This document shows positions 31,318 to 41,798 of a DNA stretch of 64,000 nt, one piece after another. The stretch is from the NCBI GenBank assembly GCA_943356675.1, contig CALRFQ010000001.1, positions 4,147 through 68,146 on the forward strand. The letters are read 5' to 3'. Position numbers and translations under genes: made by a program. This DNA is from Candidatus Nomurabacteria bacterium. Lineage in GTDB: Bacteria > Patescibacteriota > Minisyncoccia > Phycocordibacterales > UBA9973. The notes beneath the pieces are model-generated. The model had not been told where the DNA came from and ran no database searches. It saw nothing but the letters and a program-made list of their open reading frames with translations. Each line of letters starts with the position of its first letter. Position 1 is the stretch's first letter.

Positions 31318-32082
31318 ATCCATACCTGTCATATTAATATCTTCAAAATTACTATTTTGAACAACATCAATTATTCCCTCTCTGACTAATTCTAGCATAG
31401 CAAGGAATGAAACAATAACATTCACTCTAACTTCCCTCTCACTACTATCAGGGCTACTCATTGAAAAGTCCTTAAACGACATATTTAATGATTTTTGAAT
31501 TCTGTTTGTAAGACGGTCTATCATTTCCTCAATATTTATGACAGTTTTTACTTCTACTTCTGGCAGTGGTATAGCTTTCTTCGGTAAACTTATAAGTACA
31601 TCATTTATGGCATTACTTAGCGTCTCAACCGTCAGAATTTGGTCTGGGCTAAAGATTACATTGTCCCACTTTCGCTCTGGTGCTGAGAAAATTATTTTTG
31701 TACCGAAATTACTCTTGATATCAACGCTAGCATTTTTAATGATTTGATAGAGTCTTAGTCTTGATTCAAGATCTTCAATTTTATCTTCTTCATCGTCTGT
31801 GAGTTCTAGGTTTGGAAGTAGTGATTTGGATTTGATCAGTATGAGTGTTGCGGCGATAACAATAAAGTAAGATATGTCGTGAATTTTTTTGTCGATAGAA
31901 ACATCTTCGGAATTATTACTCTGAAGACTTTTAATATATGAAATATATTCACTTGTAACTTCAGCAAGAGAGATTTCGTTGACAAATAACTTCCTACTTT
32001 CGATGAGTGAGAGAAGCAGCTCAAGTGGCCCCTCGAATGAGCCAGACTTAACTTTATATGTTTGTATAGTATTCTCTTCCAT
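31270..32082 (-). CDS. scpA: Segregation and condensation protein ScpA
   Basis: FEGPLELLL, IKSKSLLP, FLAMLEL. Confidence 0.95.
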   Translation of the reverse strand: MEENTIQTYKVKSGSFEGPLELLLSLIESRKLFVNEISLAEVTSEYISYIKSLQSNNSEDVSIDKKIHDISYFIVIAATLILIKSKSLLPNLELTDDEEDKIEDLESRLRLYQIIKNASVDIKSNFGTKIIFSAPERKWDNVIFSPDQILTVETLSNAINDVLISLPKKAIPLPEVEVKTVINIEEMIDRLTNRIQKSLNMSFKDFSMSSPDSSEREVRVNVIVSFLAMLELVREGIIDVVQNSNFEDINMTGMDPIRSHDHVNTHDENL

Positions 32083-32093
32083 TATAGATATAA

Positions 32094-33443
32094 TTAATAT
32101 CCATCCTCAGTTAGGCGCTCATCGATTCTATTCATATCTCTTGGGAACATACAAGCTTCGCGGATATTCTTCAGGCCCAAGATTTGCATTGTGAGGCGCT
32201 CTGCACCGAAAGCGAATCCTCCTTCAGGTGGCACACCATACTTAAATGCTTCTAGGAACATTTTTATTTTATTTGGGTCCATATTCCATTCCTTCACTTG
32301 CTCTTCTAGTTGATCGTATTTATTTACTCTTCTTCCGCCTGAAAGCCATTCTACTCCACGACAGATAAGGTCCACTCCCTCGTTAAATTCAGGATTTTCA
32401 GGATTTGGGTATACATAAAATGGTTTCTTCTTTGTGGGGTATCCATATACGAATACAAAGTCTGATCCAGTTTCATTCTTTACTATTTCACAAATCTCTC
32501 TTTCATCTTGTGCATTGAGATCTTTCTCACCACGCACATCACGCCCGTTCTTTTCAAAAATCATATTCTGAGCCTCAGTAAGTGAATATGTAGGAGTCTT
32601 TTCTATCATTACTGGGAGTGTGGCATCGAGCAATTTCAAATGTTCAGAATTTTTCTCTTCGATTTGTTTAAGGATATATCTTACAGTTTCCTCTGCCATA
32701 TCACGCACATCACGCCATGAATCGATGAAGGCCATCTCTGCATCGAGTGACACTATTTCAGTAAGATGGCGAGTTGTAGAAGATGGCTCAGCACGGAAAA
32801 CTTTGTTTACGGAGAAGCAACGCTCAAATGCGGACATAACAATTTGCTTATAAAGCTGAGGTGATTGAGATAGGTATGCTTTCTTGTCGAAATAGTCTAG
32901 CTGGAAAACTTCAGCACCACCTTCGGCAGTAGCAGGCACCATAGAAGGTGCTTGGAATTCGAAGAACATATTCTTTTTCATAAATTCACGGAATGAATCG
33001 ATAATTGTCTCGCTCACTTTGAATACCGCTTGTACTTTTGGCTGGCGTAGTACTAGTGCGCGGTTATCTAGCTCTGTAGTAAGCTCTAGGTTGTATCCAG
33101 TAAGTGACATGTCGAAAGGAAGTGTCGCAGCTTCTGCTAGGACCTCAATTTCTAGTATTTCAAGCTCAAGCTCACCGTTTAGTACACCAACCTTCACATT
33201 TCTTTCTGGGCGTGGATTTACTTTACCTTTTACTTTTACAACGAATTCACTACGAAGAGTTTTACCTACTTCAAGAGTTTCTGTGTAGTTTGGAAGGATT
33301 ACACCTTGCACCTTTCCTGTCATGTCACGGAAATCAAGGAAGATCATTTTACCTTGATCACGACGCACATCTACCCAGCCACCGATAATAACCTCTTTAC
33401 CCATATGCTCTTTTAAATCTTTTATAAATATTCTTCCTGTCAT
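32094..33443 (-). CDS. aspS: Aspartate--tRNA ligase, short non-discriminating (archaeal-type)
   Basis: Likely start MTGRIF; EGGAEVF, LSQSPQLYKQ, FRAE, YGVPPEGGF, FPRD; no GAD domain. Confidence 0.92.
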   Translation of the reverse strand: MTGRIFIKDLKEHMGKEVIIGGWVDVRRDQGKMIFLDFRDMTGKVQGVILPNYTETLEVGKTLRSEFVVKVKGKVNPRPERNVKVGVLNGELELEILEIEVLAEAATLPFDMSLTGYNLELTTELDNRALVLRQPKVQAVFKVSETIIDSFREFMKKNMFFEFQAPSMVPATAEGGAEVFQLDYFDKKAYLSQSPQLYKQIVMSAFERCFSVNKVFRAEPSSTTRHLTEIVSLDAEMAFIDSWRDVRDMAEETVRYILKQIEEKNSEHLKLLDATLPVMIEKTPTYSLTEAQNMIFEKNGRDVRGEKDLNAQDEREICEIVKNETGSDFVFVYGYPTKKKPFYVYPNPENPEFNEGVDLICRGVEWLSGGRRVNKYDQLEEQVKEWNMDPNKIKMFLEAFKYGVPPEGGFAFGAERLTMQILGLKNIREACMFPRDMNRIDERLTEDGY

Positions 33444-33448
33444 ATATT

Positions 33449-33667
33449 TTAGTGTAAATTCATTGTTAATAATTCGTAAGGATAAGATATGATTGTGACG
33501 ATTCCGACGTATATCCAATAAAATGGTGCGAAGCAGATGTAAATTACCTTATCTTTCTTCCACATCGGCAGGTACCAAGCTTGTATTTTCATTAGGAGTG
33601 CATTTAGTGGAATATAGAGGAGTGAAAATGCAACCGCTAGGACGTATCTAATAAATCTAATTATCAT
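33449..33667 (-). CDS. Small hypothetical membrane protein
   Basis: 72-aa two-TM ORF packed tightly between trpS and aspS. Confidence 0.6.
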   Translation of the reverse strand: MIIRFIRYVLAVAFSLLYIPLNALLMKIQAWYLPMWKKDKVIYICFAPFYWIYVGIVTIISYPYELLTMNLH

Positions 33668-34640
33668 ATAATTGTACGCCGACAGCTTTTCTCACATCGG
33701 TAATTTTACTATTAACTAAATTGTGAATTTTACTTTTTCCCTCCTTTAGTATATCGAGCACTAATCCTGGATTCTCTTCGTACATCTTTCTCTTCTCTCT
33801 CATTGGTGTGAAATACTTTTCAATCTCATCAAATAGCATATCTTTTGATTCTTTGTATCCTAATCCACCGTCTAAATATCTTTTCCTTAGGTTATCTAAT
33901 TCGTCACCATGTAAAAATAATTTGTGAAGTGCAAAAATATTACAAGTTTCTGGATCTTTCTTTTCGTCGGGAGTCTTCGAATCAGTTACGATACTCATCA
34001 CAGCCTTCTTTACTACAGCGGAATCAGCAAAAAGTGGAATAGTATTGCCGTAACTCTTACTCATTTTCCTTCCGTCTACTCCGGGGACTATTGCAACTTC
34101 CGCCATTATCTTTGCAACAGGCAATTTGAAAGTCTCGCCGAAAATATTGTTGAACTTCTGTGCAGTGTCACGCGCATACTCCACATGCTGCTTTTGATCA
34201 GAGCCGACTGGTACGATGTCTGCATCTTGGATGAGAATATCCGCAGCCATAAGCATTGGGTAATCAAAGAGTCCTACAGTCACCTCCTTCACCTTTTGAT
34301 TTGCATCTTTATACGATGTAGCACGTTCGAGGAATGGCATTGTGGTAATACAATTGAAGTACCATGTGAGCTCTGTGACTTCTGGTAGATCTGACTGCTT
34401 GAAAAGAACAACCTTTTTTGGGTCAAGTCCGCAAGCCAAATAATCCATAATAATGTTTAAAATTCCGCTTGATAGTTTGTCTTTATCTTGTACAGTTGTA
34501 AGTGCATGAAAATCTGCAATAAATACACGAGTGTCGTATTCGTCTTGCATATCTACAAATTGCTTGAGTGCCCCGAAATAGTTACCTATATGAAGCGCTC
34601 CTGAGGGCTGAATGCCCGAAAGTAGTATCTTTTTAGCCAT
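33657..34640 (-). CDS. trpS: Tryptophan--tRNA ligase
   Basis: SGIQPSGALHIGNY, YPMLMAADIL, VPVGSDQKQH, KMSKS. Confidence 0.98.
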   Translation of the reverse strand: MAKKILLSGIQPSGALHIGNYFGALKQFVDMQDEYDTRVFIADFHALTTVQDKDKLSSGILNIIMDYLACGLDPKKVVLFKQSDLPEVTELTWYFNCITTMPFLERATSYKDANQKVKEVTVGLFDYPMLMAADILIQDADIVPVGSDQKQHVEYARDTAQKFNNIFGETFKLPVAKIMAEVAIVPGVDGRKMSKSYGNTIPLFADSAVVKKAVMSIVTDSKTPDEKKDPETCNIFALHKLFLHGDELDNLRKRYLDGGLGYKESKDMLFDEIEKYFTPMREKRKMYEENPGLVLDILKEGKSKIHNLVNSKITDVRKAVGVQLYDN

Positions 34641-34742
34641 TTAAATATAATACCAAAAATATGAAAGTTTTGCACATATTCTACACAGGGATATCCGAAA
34701 AATGCTTGCTTGCAAATTTGATCTCTGTGATACAATAGCCCT

Positions 34743-36161
34743 ATGGCAAAAGATACACACACACCAATAAAGCAAAAAGTCGGAATGAGAATTCCTCCAC
34801 AAAGCTTGGATTCAGAGAAAGCAGTTCTCGGATCTATTATGCTTCGCCCAGGAGCACTCCACGAAATTACAGACGTGCTAAATCATGAAGGATTTTATGC
34901 TGGTAAACACAGAGAAATATTTAAAATAATGCTAGAGCTATCTAGTAAGGGTGAACCGATTGACTTACTCTCACTATCTCAGCGTTTATCTGAGCGCGGA
35001 ATGCTTGAATCTGTGGGCGGCACTGTTTATCTCACTGAGCTCGTTTCTTCTGTGCCTGCTTCAACAAACATTCGTCACTACGCAGACATAGTCGAGAAGA
35101 AAAATATTTTAAGAAATATTATTGATGCTGGCGGAGATATATCTGAACTCGGATTTAATGAAGACGTAGAAGATGTGTACGAAGTACTTGATCAAGCAGA
35201 AAAAAGAATGATGAATATTGGTAATCCTTCTCGAGGAAAGGCCTTCGTAGCACTTAAGGACACTCTTCCTGAAGCTTGGGAGCGACTAGAGAGACTACAT
35301 GAGACTAAAGGTGAACTTCGCGGTGTTCCTACTGGTTTTCGAGATTTAGATCAATATCTCTCTGGTATGCAAAAGTCTGATTTAATAATTCTTGCTGCTC
35401 GTCCATCTATGGGTAAAACTACTCTTGCTCTTGATATCGCTCGCCAAGCAGCGACAAAGCACAACATACCTGTAGTTATATTCTCACTTGAAATGAGTTC
35501 ACAACAGCTTGTGGATAGAATGCTTGCAGCTGAGGCACGCGTGAATGCATGGAATCTGCGTACTGGAAACTTATCAGCAGAAAGCGAGTTCTCAAAAATT
35601 CGCGATTCTCTAGATAGGCTCGCAAAGGCTCCGATATTTATTGATGACCAAGCTGGAAACTCTATTGTGAAAATGCGTTCCGTGTGCCGAAGAATCAAGG
35701 CGGAGCATGGTATAGGACTCATTATTGTGGACTACTTACAGCTTATGTCGACTTCCAAGAATTATGACTCTATGGTGAACCAAGTTACAGAAATTTCTCG
35801 TTCACTCAAAGGTCTTGCAAAGGAGTTTGATGTGCCAGTCATTGCACTATCACAGCTATCTCGTGCCGTGGAAGCTCGTGGAGGACGCCCAAGACTATCT
35901 GACCTACGTGACTCAGGATCTATCGAGCAGGATGCGGACGTAGTTATGTTTATCCACCGTGAAGATAAGGGTAAGGATGAATCAGAGAGGACAAATATTG
36001 CAGAAATACTTATTGAAAAGCACAGAAATGGACCAGTCGGAAAGGTGGATCTATTCTTCGATGAGAAGATGACAACATTCGTGACTATTGAGAAAGGAAA
36101 TTCTGATGGATTCCAAGCTCTCGCGAATTCTTCTTCAGGTACAAATATTGATCAATTTTAA
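34743..36161 (+). CDS. dnaB: Replicative DNA helicase
   Basis: AARPSMGKT, FSLEMS, VDYLQL, SDLRDSGSIEQDAD, KHRNGP. Confidence 0.99.
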   Translation: MAKDTHTPIKQKVGMRIPPQSLDSEKAVLGSIMLRPGALHEITDVLNHEGFYAGKHREIFKIMLELSSKGEPIDLLSLSQRLSERGMLESVGGTVYLTELVSSVPASTNIRHYADIVEKKNILRNIIDAGGDISELGFNEDVEDVYEVLDQAEKRMMNIGNPSRGKAFVALKDTLPEAWERLERLHETKGELRGVPTGFRDLDQYLSGMQKSDLIILAARPSMGKTTLALDIARQAATKHNIPVVIFSLEMSSQQLVDRMLAAEARVNAWNLRTGNLSAESEFSKIRDSLDRLAKAPIFIDDQAGNSIVKMRSVCRRIKAEHGIGLIIVDYLQLMSTSKNYDSMVNQVTEISRSLKGLAKEFDVPVIALSQLSRAVEARGGRPRLSDLRDSGSIEQDADVVMFIHREDKGKDESERTNIAEILIEKHRNGPVGKVDLFFDEKMTTFVTIEKGNSDGFQALANSSSGTNIDQF

Positions 36162-36169
36162 TTATGGCT

Positions 36170-36285
36170 CCCGTTAGAGATGTGCTGTTCATATGTTTGT
36201 TAAATGTTAAATATAGATTATAGTGTATATATTAATTATTAGTTAATAAGAAACGGAAGTCTAAAGACTTCCTATCTCTAACGGG
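36170..36285. mobile_element. 116-bp start-codon-abutting inverted-repeat element, copy 3
   Basis: CCCGTTAGAGAT...ATCTCTAACGGG directly followed by the recR ATG. Confidence 0.8.
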
Positions 36286-36906
36286 ATGGACCCGATAAAT
36301 ATTCTCGCAGAAAAATTTAAGGAATTCCCAGGTATTGGTGAACGCCAAGCAAAGCGTTTCGTGTATTTTCTGCTTCATAAAAATCCTAGCTTCGTAAAAA
36401 TACTCGGCGAGGCAATCATTTCTATTAAAAGCCAGATTGCCGAGTGTGAATCTTGCCACATATTCTTTCAAATAAAACCTCATCAGGATAAGCTCTGTGA
36501 GACTTGCGCAAATCCTCAAACTGATCAATCTTCCCTACTTATCGTCGAGAAGGATGCAGATATGGAGACCATAAAGCGCACGAAGACATATAAAGGATTA
36601 TATTTTGTACTTGGTGGTCTTGTACCTATAGTGACTAAGGATACTCCTACTTTTGTTCGCACAAACGAACTTCAAGCTGTTGTAAAAGACCGTATTAAGA
36701 ATAAAGTTCTAAAGGAAATTATATTAGGTCTTTCTATTAATCCTCACGGTGAACATACAGATTTATATCTACGTGAATTACTCCACCCACTTATAGAAAA
36801 CACAAATGTTAGAATTGTATCTTTAGGTAAAGGCCTCTCCACAGGCACTGAGCTCGAATACTCCGACTCCGAAACTATCAAAAACGCTCTCAAAAACCGC
36901 GGCTAA
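36286..36906 (+). CDS. recR: Recombination protein RecR
   Basis: FPGIGERQAKR HhH, C4 zinc finger, Toprim (VEKDAD), ELEYSD. Confidence 0.96.
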   Translation: MDPINILAEKFKEFPGIGERQAKRFVYFLLHKNPSFVKILGEAIISIKSQIAECESCHIFFQIKPHQDKLCETCANPQTDQSSLLIVEKDADMETIKRTKTYKGLYFVLGGLVPIVTKDTPTFVRTNELQAVVKDRIKNKVLKEIILGLSINPHGEHTDLYLRELLHPLIENTNVRIVSLGKGLSTGTELEYSDSETIKNALKNRG

Positions 36907-36909
36907 TCC

Positions 36910-36930
36910 CCGCCTAGGTCGGACCTAGGC
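36910..36930. repeat. REP-like palindrome
   Basis: ccgcctaggtcggacctaggc; identical copy at 47445..47465. Confidence 0.85.
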
Positions 36931-36957
36931 ACAACGCAATTATGTATATTGTAAAAT

Positions 36958-36987
36958 AAAAAATACCCTCGAGTGAGGGTATTTTTT
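36958..36987. terminator. Bidirectional terminator between recR and rplU
   Basis: aaaaaataccctc-gagt-gagggtatttttt. Confidence 0.8.
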
Positions 36988-36988
36988 A

Positions 36989-37357
36989 TTATTTGATTGC
37001 TGAAATTTTCACTTCTGCAAAAGGCTGTCTGTGGCCATTTCTTTTTAGGTAACGAGATTTTTGTTTGAATTTAACAACTTTAACTGTTTTGTTGCGGCCT
37101 GCTTTCTGGAATAATGCTTCTACCTTTGCGCCTGCGATGTATGGAGTACCGATTGTAGTGTCATTACCATTGTCTACTAGTACAACCTTATCAAATAGCA
37201 CCTTGTCGCCCATTGCGAACTCGCCTGCTAATTTTTCAATCTTAAGCACTTCGCCAACCATGACTTTGTATTGCTTTCCGCCAGTTTCGATAACTGCGAA
37301 TTCACCTGTCTTAGGAGCTGATACTTTCTTTGCTTTTGTTGTTGTTTTTGTAGCCAT
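36989..37357 (-). CDS. rplU: 50S ribosomal protein L21
   Basis: FAVIETGGKQYKV, IGTPYI, GHRQPF. Confidence 0.98.
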   Translation of the reverse strand: MATKTTTKAKKVSAPKTGEFAVIETGGKQYKVMVGEVLKIEKLAGEFAMGDKVLFDKVVLVDNGNDTTIGTPYIAGAKVEALFQKAGRNKTVKVVKFKQKSRYLKRNGHRQPFAEVKISAIK

Positions 37358-37450
37358 ATAATTTTATCCTTAAGAATAAGCTTCTCTCGGGAATAGACAT
37401 ATACTACCGGAAAGTTTTGAAAAAAGCAAGTACCACGCTATAATTGGCGT

Positions 37451-38806
37451 ATGTTACTTAAACTATACAATACATTATCTCGCGAAATTGAGGATTTTAA
37501 GCCAAATAGCGAAAAGGAGGTTACTTTATATACTTGTGGCCCAACTGTCTACAATTATGCCCATATTGGCAATTTCAGAGCCTATGTGTTTGCCGATATC
37601 CTGAAAAGAACCTTATTTTATAATGGTTTTAACGTAAAACACGTTATGAACATCACTGATATTGACGACAAGACAATAAGAGATTCTATTAAGGAAGGCA
37701 AGAATTTGAAGGAATTTACCGAGTTTTACACAAAGGCTTTCTATGAGGATAGGGATTCCTTAGAGATCATGCCTGCAGGTATCTACACAAAAGCTACGGA
37801 TTTTATTCCCCAGATGGTGAAAATGATCGAAAAATTGATCTCGAATGGTTATGCATATAAGGGTGAGGATGGTTCTGTGTATTTCGATATTCGTAAGTAT
37901 AAAGAATATGGAAAATTATCCAGATTTAAACTATCTGATTTAAAGGAGAATGCAGACGGCAGACTAAAAAAGGATGAATACGAAAAAGAGAATGCACAAG
38001 ACTTCGCACTTTGGAAAGCATGGGATGAAAATGACGGTGAAGTATTTTGGGAAACAGCACTCGGCAAAGGACGCCCTGGCTGGCACATAGAGTGCTCTGC
38101 TATGAGTGTGGAAGAGCTTGGAGATAGCATCGATATTCATACAGGAGGTGTGGATCTTATATTCCCTCATCATGAGAATGAAATCGCGCAATCAGAATGC
38201 GCAACTGGAAAAGAATTTGTAAAATATTGGATGCACAACGAGCATTTACTTGTAGACAATAAAAAGATGTCGAAGTCACTCGGCAATTATTACTCTCTTC
38301 GTGATCTTGAGAAGATAAATGTCTCCCCGCTTGGATTCCGCTACTGGCTACTTACGGCAGATTATCGCTCTCCTATCAACTTCACTATCGAGACTCTCCA
38401 AGGTGCGGAAACTGCACTTAAACGCTTATACGAGGCGTATAATGAGCTAGAAGATGGTGGTATTGCCGACGCTACATACACACAAGAATTCAAAAACTAT
38501 ATCAATGATGATTTGGGCACACCAAAGGCTCTAGCTCTAATGTGGAAATTGCTTAAAGATGAGAATGTAGCGAGCGCTACAAAGAAAGCTACACTTCTTG
38601 ATTTTAATAAAGTCTTTGGTCTTGGGATCGATAAAGAAAAAATAGAAATTGAAATTCCAGATGAAGTAGTTAAGCTTGCACAAGACCGTGAATACGCTCG
38701 ATCTCAAAAAGATTTTGCACTGTCGGATATATTACGAGCAAAAATCGAAGCTCATGGCTATATTGTAAAAGATACAGATAAGGGGCAAAAGATTTCAAAA
38801 ATATAA
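37451..38806 (+). CDS. cysS: Cysteine--tRNA ligase
   Basis: CGPTVYNYAHIGN, GRPGWHIECS, HHENE, KMSKS. Confidence 0.99.
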   Translation: MLLKLYNTLSREIEDFKPNSEKEVTLYTCGPTVYNYAHIGNFRAYVFADILKRTLFYNGFNVKHVMNITDIDDKTIRDSIKEGKNLKEFTEFYTKAFYEDRDSLEIMPAGIYTKATDFIPQMVKMIEKLISNGYAYKGEDGSVYFDIRKYKEYGKLSRFKLSDLKENADGRLKKDEYEKENAQDFALWKAWDENDGEVFWETALGKGRPGWHIECSAMSVEELGDSIDIHTGGVDLIFPHHENEIAQSECATGKEFVKYWMHNEHLLVDNKKMSKSLGNYYSLRDLEKINVSPLGFRYWLLTADYRSPINFTIETLQGAETALKRLYEAYNELEDGGIADATYTQEFKNYINDDLGTPKALALMWKLLKDENVASATKKATLLDFNKVFGLGIDKEKIEIEIPDEVVKLAQDREYARSQKDFALSDILRAKIEAHGYIVKDTDKGQKISKI

Positions 38807-38809
38807 ATA

Positions 38810-38838
38810 AAAAATGCAGGACAAGTCCTGCATTTTTT
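38810..38838. terminator. Bidirectional terminator between cysS and the histidine kinase
   Basis: aaaaaatgcaggac-aa-gtcctgcatttttt. Confidence 0.75.
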
Positions 38839-38843
38839 ATTAC

Positions 38844-40529
38844 CTATTTTGCGATATTCAATTCCACAAAGAATGTTGATCCGAGTCCGTCGCCCGGTGA
38901 TTCGATCCAAATTCTTCCACCGTGAGCGGCTGTAATCTCTTTACCTAGATATAATCCAAGTCCAGATCCAGTAGTATTGTATCTTCCGCCGTTCCCTCTT
39001 GAAAACTTTTGGAAAAGAGAATTTTTAATTTCTTCTGTCATACCAATACCAGTATCCTTCACTGCAAATAGCATCTTGTCGCCCACCTGCTTTACAGAAA
39101 CCCAAATATTACCTGCCTTTGTGTATTTAATGGAATTGTCTATTAGGTTGAGAACCACTTGTCTAAGTTTTTCTTTATCTCCCTTCACCATGTGATTACC
39201 TTCATCTTGAGTGTATTCCAATTTGATACCTTTCTTGTCTGCTGCCAAAGATAAATCTGTGGCAACTGATTTAGATATTTCAGCGAAATCAAAATTCACT
39301 TTCTCGTACTTCATTCCACCTGATTCAATCTTTGAAACGTTCAAGAAGTCTTCCACAACAATTGCTAGGTTCTTACTAGATTGATAAATGCGGTCTATAG
39401 CTTCCTTTGCTTGGTCTCCAATAGGACCGAAATCTCCATCTACTACCATAGATGCATAACCCTTAATTGCAGTAAGTGGGCTTCGTATTTGGTGTGTAGC
39501 AAGTGAAAGGAATTCAGTTTTAAGTTTATCGAGCTCTTTAAGCTTATCATTTGCAGCCTCGAGCTTCATATTTGTACTTTCAAGCCTAAGCTTGGAGTCG
39601 GCAAGATCCACAGAAAGCTTTTCAATATGGAGTCTCTGGTCAGTTTCCTTTTTGAAATTTCGGAAAATAATAACACTGAGACCAAGTGTTAATGCGACGG
39701 AAAGAATTGTCAGGAATCTATCTGACGCACTACTTATGAAGAATAACTGGCCACCGGACAATATAACAAGACCAACTACCAAATACTGTGTACCTAAAAT
39801 ATCAAAACGGAATATATCCAGCTCAAACACAGCATATATAATTGTGATCAAGAATATCGGAAGTATGAATAGACTATAAAGATTGTATTCATATACTCCT
39901 GTAATTGAAGAAATATATTCTGTTGCACCAAAAACTGTCAGGAATAATAAAATAGAACTTATAACAATAATATCAGCCTTTCGACTTGCGTAGTCTTGGA
40001 ATTTAAAGAATGATCTTATTAAGTAAAATACTATTGCAGAAACTATAACGCCTTCCACGATCAATTTATATGTATCGAGCCAAGAATTGTTACCCGCCTC
40101 ACACACGGATTGATTAAATCCTGTAACTGATTGGCCATTTACTGTCATAATGAATGGTATTAAAAGTATCGCTAGGAACAATAATTTTGTGTACCATTTT
40201 GCATCTCGTTCATGTACGAAAACTATAACGAAGTATAGGCCTAATATAAAGAATATGAGCTCTATATATACAAGTGTAGACCAAATAAAATAGATAAGAT
40301 TGTAATTATTTGAACCCCATGTGATTAAGTCCCCTAATAGCCACAATGAGAATGAAACCGTAAATGCTAAAAATATCTTCGAGAAAAGATTAAATTTTGC
40401 TTTAAAGAATACGAAGAATGATAAAGTAAGTGAAAGTAGGACTGGTATTATATGAGAATAACCAGCAATAACTCTAGTATCTAAAGTAAGCTCATAACAT
40501 GTATTCAAAATTGTATTTATTTCATTCAT
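38844..40529 (-). CDS. Multi-TM (7TM-type) sensor histidine kinase
   Basis: Hydrophobic N-terminal half; HisKA ATHQIRSPL; NLIDNSIKY, DTGIG, GSGLGL boxes. Confidence 0.95.
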   Translation of the reverse strand: MNEINTILNTCYELTLDTRVIAGYSHIIPVLLSLTLSFFVFFKAKFNLFSKIFLAFTVSFSLWLLGDLITWGSNNYNLIYFIWSTLVYIELIFFILGLYFVIVFVHERDAKWYTKLLFLAILLIPFIMTVNGQSVTGFNQSVCEAGNNSWLDTYKLIVEGVIVSAIVFYLIRSFFKFQDYASRKADIIVISSILLFLTVFGATEYISSITGVYEYNLYSLFILPIFLITIIYAVFELDIFRFDILGTQYLVVGLVILSGGQLFFISSASDRFLTILSVALTLGLSVIIFRNFKKETDQRLHIEKLSVDLADSKLRLESTNMKLEAANDKLKELDKLKTEFLSLATHQIRSPLTAIKGYASMVVDGDFGPIGDQAKEAIDRIYQSSKNLAIVVEDFLNVSKIESGGMKYEKVNFDFAEISKSVATDLSLAADKKGIKLEYTQDEGNHMVKGDKEKLRQVVLNLIDNSIKYTKAGNIWVSVKQVGDKMLFAVKDTGIGMTEEIKNSLFQKFSRGNGGRYNTTGSGLGLYLGKEITAAHGGRIWIESPGDGLGSTFFVELNIAK

Positions 40530-40533
40530 ATTA

Positions 40534-41337
40534 TTAATTTGGGATTATTTTTTTAATTTCTTGATGGTAGGATATCCAGTGGCTATCAGTTTCCATATCC
40601 AGAGGGCCGATGGGGACAATTAAGGGTTTTAATCCGGTCATAGCAATAGCAAAATCTATCGATGGGAGAACAATATTTTGAGTAAATAGCGCATCGTCAT
40701 CATTTAGTAAAAAGTTTTCAAATAATACACCGTTGCAAATCAAGAGTAAAAAAAAGTTTTTATAATATTCCTTTGCGGTCCCACCGTTTCTGTGTAGCCA
40801 TTCTGACGCATCGTAAAAAGTTATATCATCAATATTATGTTTATGAACCTTAAATAATTTTCTATGGAAATCTTGTAATGGTTCATTCCATACAGTAAGC
40901 ACATCTCGCAATTTCTTGCCGTCGTGATTCGCGAAATCAACAATAGTAATTTTCTCTATAGGGTAACTATCGTTCTTATTTACTTCCCCATGAATTCGAA
41001 GTTGACCTAGTGAGTGCTTGAATTCATTGTTTGAGGTAAATTTATCATCTAGATATTCAAAAAATACAGGTTTTAAACCATTGTCTGTAGTGATAGAAAG
41101 AAAATGGCGCGCATCGTGGTTCGGTGTAGCAATTTGTCTGAATTGAATACCACAAATATTATCTTTAAGTACTTCGGGTATATCACCTTTAAGTAATTCC
41201 TCAATTTTTGCGACTATACTTGGATCGTTCCTTCTTTCCCTTATGATATTTAGAGCTTCTGAAAGTGGAGTGTAAACAATACTATTAAAAATATTACGAT
41301 CCGACATTATTATATTATAGTCACCGATGGAGCTCAT
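40534..41337 (-). CDS. Hypothetical soluble protein
   Basis: 267-aa ORF tightly packed in the kinase operon; family not recognised. Confidence 0.8.
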   Translation of the reverse strand: MSSIGDYNIIMSDRNIFNSIVYTPLSEALNIIRERRNDPSIVAKIEELLKGDIPEVLKDNICGIQFRQIATPNHDARHFLSITTDNGLKPVFFEYLDDKFTSNNEFKHSLGQLRIHGEVNKNDSYPIEKITIVDFANHDGKKLRDVLTVWNEPLQDFHRKLFKVHKHNIDDITFYDASEWLHRNGGTAKEYYKNFFLLLICNGVLFENFLLNDDDALFTQNIVLPSIDFAIAMTGLKPLIVPIGPLDMETDSHWISYHQEIKKIIPN

Positions 41338-41338
41338 A

Positions 41339-41779
41339 TTATTTTTTAGTATTTAATTTAGAACTCTTTAAAGTATCTTTAGTTGGTACTGTGACTATTG
41401 GCTCAGGTACAGGTGCTGGGATTTGTGCCAAGCATGATCCTTGATTGAAATCATCTTCTGTACATTCAGTCTTAATACAATTTATAGATTCACTCTTACA
41501 TACTTCTGTACAGTCGTCGTTCTTACAAGATGCGAAATCAGAAGCGTTTATTGTGTATTCATTATATAAAGAAAGATTGTTGGGTGGACATTCACCATCA
41601 ATACCACAATCCCTGTATCTACATGATTCCTGAGTGTTGTCACAGGAAGTCTCTACTACGAAATCATAATCTTTTTGAACGTAGAAAATATAATAAGAAA
41701 CATATATAACTGTAATACAACTTAAAATAATTACGTATAGGAAATAATTATGTCCTTTTTGTTCTTCTTCTTCTGGCAT
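41339..41779 (-). CDS. Membrane-anchored Cys-rich protein
   Basis: One TM, then 10 Cys in ~70 aa and a Pro-rich tail. Confidence 0.75.
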   Translation of the reverse strand: MPEEEEQKGHNYFLYVIILSCITVIYVSYYIFYVQKDYDFVVETSCDNTQESCRYRDCGIDGECPPNNLSLYNEYTINASDFASCKNDDCTEVCKSESINCIKTECTEDDFNQGSCLAQIPAPVPEPIVTVPTKDTLKSSKLNTKK

Positions 41780-41798
41780 ATAATTATTTTAGCATAAA

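Noticed and set aside
34734-34746. 13-bp identity (aatagccctatgg) at the dnaB and rsmI starts
   Set aside because: Partly forced by the shared -10 box and ATG; two instances are not enough to call a motif.
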